From: a virus
Taxonomy: Duplodnaviria; Caudoviricetes
Length of the DNA stretch: 52,280 nucleotides
IMG/VR virus record: IMGVR_UViG_3300042940_003066
Location: 1-52,280 of that record
Strand: one strand, 5' to 3'
In this document: in pieces, positions 47,956 through 52,280 of the stretch
Position numbering within the stretch: position 1 is the first letter of the stretch
Layout: each line of letters begins with the position of its first letter
Notes under the pieces: generated by a model
Told to the model about the DNA's origin: nothing
Database searches by the model: none
What the model saw: only the letters and a program-made list of their open reading frames with translations
Program-made: the position numbers and the translations under genes

Positions 47956-48279
47956 TTACCAAGGATTGTAATTTTTGCCTTCGCTCCAATATATTGGGGT
48001 GCGTTTCCCAATGTATGCACCAATAATATTAAAATGAACAAAATCTACAGCTTGCTCATAAATATCAAATTCTTCATCTTCACTTGTAATTTTAAAATCT
48101 TCGTAGAAATGATAAACTAAAGATTCATAATCGTATACAGCGACAGTGACCCAGTCTTTTTCTCTGCGAATGCGAGCAGTGGAAATTAATGCTGAATCAC
48201 AGTCATGCCATAAACAAGCCAGTGGTGCTTTTTTCTTGAGTTTAAGCTTAACTCTTTGCCAAGTTTTCATTAATACCAC
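47956..48279 (-). CDS. Small phage protein
   Basis: VAVYDYE...AVDFVHFNIIGAYIGKRTPIY. Confidence 0.7.
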   Translation of the reverse strand: MVLMKTWQRVKLKLKKKAPLACLWHDCDSALISTARIRREKDWVTVAVYDYESLVYHFYEDFKITSEDEEFDIYEQAVDFVHFNIIGAYIGKRTPIYWSEGKNYNPW

Positions 48280-48635
48280 GCTAACAGATAGTGACCAGCA
48301 TCGGCATGAAGACGAAACATTTTGACCAAGTCTTTAAATTCTTCTTCTTCAATATCATAGTTTTGAATGTAAGAATCTCGCCATTCTGTTTCTTCCAAGT
48401 CAGTTGCCATCTGCATAATAGTTTCGTTTGAGATTTCAAATGTTTCTGGGTCGCCATATAGAGAAACACCAGTGACATCTTCTACAAAGCGGTCGTAAAC
48501 TTTGCCACGAAATGAATCGTTTCCAGAACCAGAAAACATACCGCCACAGATTTTGAAATCGCCTTCAACAAATCCGTTTTCTTCTTTGCTCTTTTTCCAA
48601 ATATTATCAAGTCCCATTACACTATCTCCTTGCAT
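48270..48635 (-). CDS. Phage protein with MGLD start motif
   Basis: AGGAG RBS before MGLDNIW; SFRGKVY; C-terminal AWY. Confidence 0.7.
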   Translation of the reverse strand: MQGDSVMGLDNIWKKSKEENGFVEGDFKICGGMFSGSGNDSFRGKVYDRFVEDVTGVSLYGDPETFEISNETIMQMATDLEETEWRDSYIQNYDIEEEEFKDLVKMFRLHADAGHYLLAWY

Positions 48636-48676
48636 ATATAATATAACATGAAATCAAATTAAAAGCAAGAAATCCC

Positions 48677-49000
48677 TTACATTTCTGTAAAGGATTCATA
48701 TTTTGCAATTACCATTTCATTTATGGCGATTTCGAGATTGTAATCAAGGTATCCACCATTTTCTCTGTCATACCATTTTGGCTCTTTGCTGAGATATTCT
48801 TCCATTTCATTGATTTGTTTTCTTATCTCATGGTAATTATATGCATCATCATTTACAGGAATGAATGTATGAGAACCACCATTACCAAAATTACTTACTC
48901 GTGCAAATGGAATTTCATCTATGAGTAAAACGGCTGAAAATGCTAATGTTTCTTGACAGAGCTTGTGATGTATTTTAACATCCTGAAGTGATAATTCCAT
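48677..49000 (-). CDS. Phage early protein
   Basis: ETLAFSA...VSNFGNGG. Confidence 0.7.
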   Translation of the reverse strand: MELSLQDVKIHHKLCQETLAFSAVLLIDEIPFARVSNFGNGGSHTFIPVNDDAYNYHEIRKQINEMEEYLSKEPKWYDRENGGYLDYNLEIAINEMVIAKYESFTEM

Positions 49001-49287
49001 ACATGGATTATATCACATCTATAATGGCGAAATCATATCCAGATGCCCATTTGACAAACTTGTTTTTTACTTCATGGTCTGGGAGATTTCGAACAATAGC
49101 CTGGATATTTACGCTCGTTTTTCGGAGCTGTAATGAATCTACATTGTTGCTCTTCAAGGCGCGGGAAATGATACTGAATGATTCAGCATCTACCATCTTT
49201 TTGAAATCAGATAAATTAATCTTTTTCATAATATTCTCTACAAACAAATACTACAAGTTTCCCTGTGCAAAAATATTATGAAATACA

Positions 49288-49347
49288 TTTGCTCATTTGT
49301 CAACATAGGGTAAAGATTTTTTTACCCTAGATTTGAGTAATGGCAAA
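49288..49347. repeat. Element 17
   Basis: TTTGCT-N12-TAGGGTAAA..TTTACCCTA-N12-GGCAAA. Confidence 0.85.
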
Positions 49348-49393
49348 AAAATATCCCCTTGCAAGAAGGGGATACAATAGATTATAAGATATT

Positions 49394-49951
49394 TTAGCCT
49401 GCAAGAAGCATACGAAGATATACAAGCTCTTCTTTATCAGATTGGAAATTCATATCCAATGACTTAATCTTATTGAGAGATACACCACGGTTACGCAAGA
49501 ACATAATGACATCATTTATTGATGTACCTTCTGTAACAGTGACTGCTTCCACTTTAGGAACAGATGGGGAAGATTGATTGCGTTGCTTGCCAAAAAACCA
49601 ATATGTGGAAAACTTAGGGTAGTTTGACCCTTGTGGATTCTTCATCCAGAAAAGGTTGTTCTCTTGAACAAATGCGAAATACTTGTCCAAAGAATTGATT
49701 TGAGTTTCAGGATGCATAGAGTTGTATGCCAAAACTCGCTCACGAATATATTCTACTTTTGCTGAACTCTTAAGGTTCGAGTATTGTGCTTGTGTGATAG
49801 TATCAAGTGAATAAACTTTGGATACAATCTTTTCCAGTTCAGTCTTGGTTTCTTCAACCACATTAACATTGATAGAATCAACAATTTTAGGTGACACTGT
49901 TTGTGTTGGTGTCAAAACATTGAATTTTGACATGGTATTGAAAATCGGCAT
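49394..49951 (-). CDS. Divergent integrase-repeat-unit protein
   Basis: INSLDKYFAF...KNPQGSNYPKF..YWFFG, similar to two upstream paralogs. Confidence 0.55.
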   Translation of the reverse strand: MPIFNTMSKFNVLTPTQTVSPKIVDSINVNVVEETKTELEKIVSKVYSLDTITQAQYSNLKSSAKVEYIRERVLAYNSMHPETQINSLDKYFAFVQENNLFWMKNPQGSNYPKFSTYWFFGKQRNQSSPSVPKVEAVTVTEGTSINDVIMFLRNRGVSLNKIKSLDMNFQSDKEELVYLRMLLAG

Positions 49952-50035
49952 CTTACTTTTTCTTTCCTTAAGGTGTTACCCTTTTGATGTCTATATATTA
50001 TCAATTTTTTTTAGGGTTGTCAAGGATTATTTTTA

Positions 50036-50093
50036 TTTGACATTTAAGTATTTCAGGGGTATGAGCATACCCCTGAGTTTGGTTTTGAGCAAA
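50036..50093. repeat. Element 18
   Basis: TTTGAC-N12-CAGGGGTATG-AG-CATACCCCTG-N12-AGCAAA. Confidence 0.88.
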
Positions 50094-50137
50094 AAAAAAG
50101 AACGCATTTCTGCGTCCTTAGTTGCGAACTAGTTATC

Positions 50138-50677
50138 TTACTTATTCAGTAGATAGATAACACAGTCTTTGAGTTCTGCTATTGACAAATCCATCGACTT
50201 GAATACAGATTCTACAAGATTGACTGGCACACCCAAGTCAATAAGTTGAGTGATTGTATTCACTGCATTTGGCGTGACTACATTGGTCTTAGGCATTTCA
50301 ATCTTAGGTTGAACCATTGCCTCTGCTTTGCGTAATGCTTTTTTCTCAAGACGAACAGCAACTGCTTTCTTGCTACGTGCAAGATTGCGAGCATCAATGC
50401 GTTCTTGAGCCATTGACAAGAAATCCTTAGTATTGACCCAAACATTGTTGTAAACAGCTTGTGGATTCTTAGGGAATATATCAGTGAGATTGTTCGCCAC
50501 GATGTATTCTTGGTACTCGCGCATAGAACCAAGTTCTAGTGGTGCAATCATACTCTTCACAGTATCATAGTCAGCCATTACAGTTTTGACTCTAATCTTG
50601 CTTGGACGGGAAACGATTGGCGATGTAAGGTTTGGAAGAGAAAAGGTCTCTGGTTTTGTAAGTGTTATTGCTGGCAT
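50138..50677 (-). CDS. Integrase-repeat-unit (PF14882-like) protein
   Basis: YDTVKSMI...SMREYQEY...PKNPQAVYNNVWVNTKDFL. Confidence 0.7.
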   Translation of the reverse strand: MPAITLTKPETFSLPNLTSPIVSRPSKIRVKTVMADYDTVKSMIAPLELGSMREYQEYIVANNLTDIFPKNPQAVYNNVWVNTKDFLSMAQERIDARNLARSKKAVAVRLEKKALRKAEAMVQPKIEMPKTNVVTPNAVNTITQLIDLGVPVNLVESVFKSMDLSIAELKDCVIYLLNK

Positions 50678-50778
50678 CTCAGTCTCCTAAACAAAGGTGA
50701 TAACTAACACTTAGATAATACACTAGTTCCACTAACTGTGCAAGTAAAATACGGTAAATGACTAAAAATAACTAAAAA

Positions 50779-50836
50779 TTTGCTCATTCCATATTTTAGA
50801 GATATATTTTTATCTCTAGAAAATATTCTTGTCAAA
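50779..50836. repeat. Element 19
   Basis: TTTGCT-N12-TAGAGATA..TATCTCTA-N12-GTCAAA. Confidence 0.85.
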
Positions 50837-50894
50837 TATTTGCAGCTGGCACATTAAACATAAAAAGAGGGCTTTCGCCCTCTTCTCTATGCTT

Positions 50895-51248
50895 CTATTT
50901 GGGATGTATTATTTGCATTATTATTGAGCGAATTTTTGCAAAAGAGAATTTTTCCACAATGCCTTCATCTTCTCTTGCAACAAGCTTGGTGTTTGTAGTA
51001 CAATCAGTCTTACCAAGAAAATGACGAGCAGATACCCATTCATTACGATACTTGTAAATAGCGTAAGGATTTACACTAAATCCTTCAGGGTGTTCTTGTT
51101 CAATCCATTCACGATATTCGGAAAGATTTTTGAAACCCATTTTTGACACTACATTACGTGCCTCGTCATAGGGCATTACATAACCCCAATCAGGGTTACC
51201 TCGTCTCTTTTTTTCTTGTGTGTCTTTACCAATTAATGTAATAGACAT
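50895..51248 (-). CDS. Integrase-repeat-unit (PF14882-like) protein
   Basis: PYDEARNVVSKMGFKNLSEYREW...NPYAIYK..NEWVSARHFLG. Confidence 0.75.
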   Translation of the reverse strand: MSITLIGKDTQEKKRRGNPDWGYVMPYDEARNVVSKMGFKNLSEYREWIEQEHPEGFSVNPYAIYKYRNEWVSARHFLGKTDCTTNTKLVAREDEGIVEKFSFAKIRSIIMQIIHPK

Positions 51249-51370
51249 GACTTTTCTTTCTAGAGTATATTGTTTTTATAAGGTTTCTCAATCCCTTATG
51301 ACACTAGTATACCTTCTGCGTGTATGTATAGGCAAGTTTTTACACAAAAACCTAGTAATTATTATTATTT

Positions 51371-51428
51371 TAAGACGCAATGAGATATTAGACTTATTGA
51401 AATAAGTCTAAGAATAATTTTGAGCAAA
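51371..51428. repeat. Element 20 (left box degenerate)
   Basis: TAAGAC-N12-TAGACTTATT-GA-AATAAGTCTA-N12-AGCAAA. Confidence 0.78.
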
Positions 51429-51497
51429 AAAAACCCTCCCTGATTTTATTCAAGAAGGGTGAAAGAGGACACATAACAACCAAACAAACACAAACAA

Positions 51498-51570
51498 TGG
51501 GCGATGAGGGACTCGAACCCCCACTCAAGGGATTATGAGTCCCCTGCTTTAACCATTAAGCTAATCGCCC
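51498..51570 (-). tRNA. tRNA with CAT anticodon (probably Ile2, possibly elongator Met)
   Basis: GGGCGAT/ATCGCCC acceptor with C4:G69, arm GGGGA-CTCATAA-TCCCT, GGTTCGAGTCC. Confidence 0.88.
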
Positions 51571-51577
51571 TAACCAA

Positions 51578-51644
51578 TAGGTGGTATAGGATTTGCACCT
51601 ATATCAAAGGTTTATGTCCTCTGCTCTACTTAAGCTAACCACCC
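51578..51644 (-). pseudogene. Degenerate tRNA-like sequence
   Basis: Acceptor GGGTGGT/ACCACCT, short D arm, loop ACATAAA lacking U33, T loop TGCAAAT. Confidence 0.6.
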
Positions 51645-51777
51645 AAATGTGTGAAGAATGCTGACGGAACGAACACAGTTAGGAGATAAAAACATTCTTC
51701 ACACATTGTTCCAGAATCACCACATTCTGGATTTTGTTCTCAATGCTGTAGTCATCTTGAACACTCTTATGTTATCA

Positions 51778-52008
51778 CTAATCTATGAATTCAACAACAT
51801 ATCTTTTCGAAATTTCTTTAGTTCCATTGTATGTTCTAATAAAATCAATATCGCCTTCATCATTAATTTCAAGAACAAGAAACTTTGGCTCATACTTCTT
51901 GTCATTTGTATGTTGTTCAATAAATGCATTAAGATATGTATAGTTTTCAAAAGTCAATTTTATGATAATATCGAAATTATCTGTCACTTCATACAGTACG
52001 TGTTTCAT
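51778..52008 (-). CDS. Hypothetical protein
   Basis: 76-aa ORF co-directional with neighbours. Confidence 0.55.
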   Translation of the reverse strand: MKHVLYEVTDNFDIIIKLTFENYTYLNAFIEQHTNDKKYEPKFLVLEINDEGDIDFIRTYNGTKEISKRYVVEFID

Positions 52009-52215
52009 AAATCATATCCATTTTCTTCATAATGATTCTTTTTAAGCAGAAATGACAAAGGATACAATACTATCCCTGCCAAAACTGCTACTAATAAATA
52101 GATTGCGATATACGCCATCTCAAAAAATAAAAAAATCTTGGTCTTCATCATCGAAAAATCTCACTTGTATTAAGTATATTGCAAGTTTAGTGTAATGTCA
52201 AGTGATATATTTATT

Positions 52216-52275
52216 TTTGATAGAAAGCATGTCTTAGCGTAAAGTTTTTTTACGCTAAATAACAGAATGAGCAAA
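52216..52275. repeat. Element 21
   Basis: TTTGAT-N13-TAGCGTAAA..TTTACGCTA-N12-AGCAAA. Confidence 0.78.
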
Positions 52276-52280
52276 AAAAA

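Noticed and set aside
28657-52275. Elements as a CRISPR array
   Set aside because: Copies are dispersed hundreds to thousands of bp apart, separated by genes, differ in sequence, and no cas genes are present.
28657-52275. Elements as ordinary intrinsic terminators or paired sigma70 promoters
   Set aside because: Separate terminators and N17 promoters usually sit beside them; the hairpins lack consistent U-tracts; the inward-facing TTGAC boxes have no -10 at 17 bp.
28657-52275. Classical integron attC sites
   Set aside because: No RYYYAAC/GTTRRRY ends, spacers do not pair, genes have their own promoters and mixed orientation, and there is no tyrosine recombinase in the window; kept only as an analogy.
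1-52280. Stop-codon reassignment
   Set aside because: Long genes read through intact in the standard code, TAG and TGA end genes at sensible positions, and no suppressor tRNA is seen.

Overview
AT-rich segment of a large (jumbo-type) lytic phage genome in the standard genetic code. It has dense small ORFs, scattered tRNAs and no host housekeeping operons; a host-like DUF1559 prepilin gene hints at an Armatimonadota/PVC-type host. The left half (1-27.6 kb) has tRNAs (including tRNA-Asn split by a group I intron next to a free-standing HNH), DNA/sugar-modifying enzymes, and two families of probable virion-packaged proteins. One family shares the N-terminal tag MWY[KR]x[AS]; the other shares an MNKRQIIASLNKIANELD-type leader. 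Both tags are fused to unrelated cargo domains, and several of these genes follow an A[AG]G-N18-AGAAT promoter-like motif. A C-tract repeat block at 27.7-27.9 kb marks a switch to an early-gene-like region (28-52 kb). The main finding is in that region: 21 dispersed intergenic elements, TTTG[AC][CT]-N12-[variable, self-complementary hairpin]-N12-[AG][GT]CAAA, usually placed between a terminator and a sigma70-type promoter so that they divide the region into gene cassettes. The region also holds a ~300-nt structured ncRNA candidate, several sRNA candidates, a split methyltransferase/helicase/endonuclease module and three integrase-repeat proteins. All calls are by eye from sequence motifs; no database searches were run.
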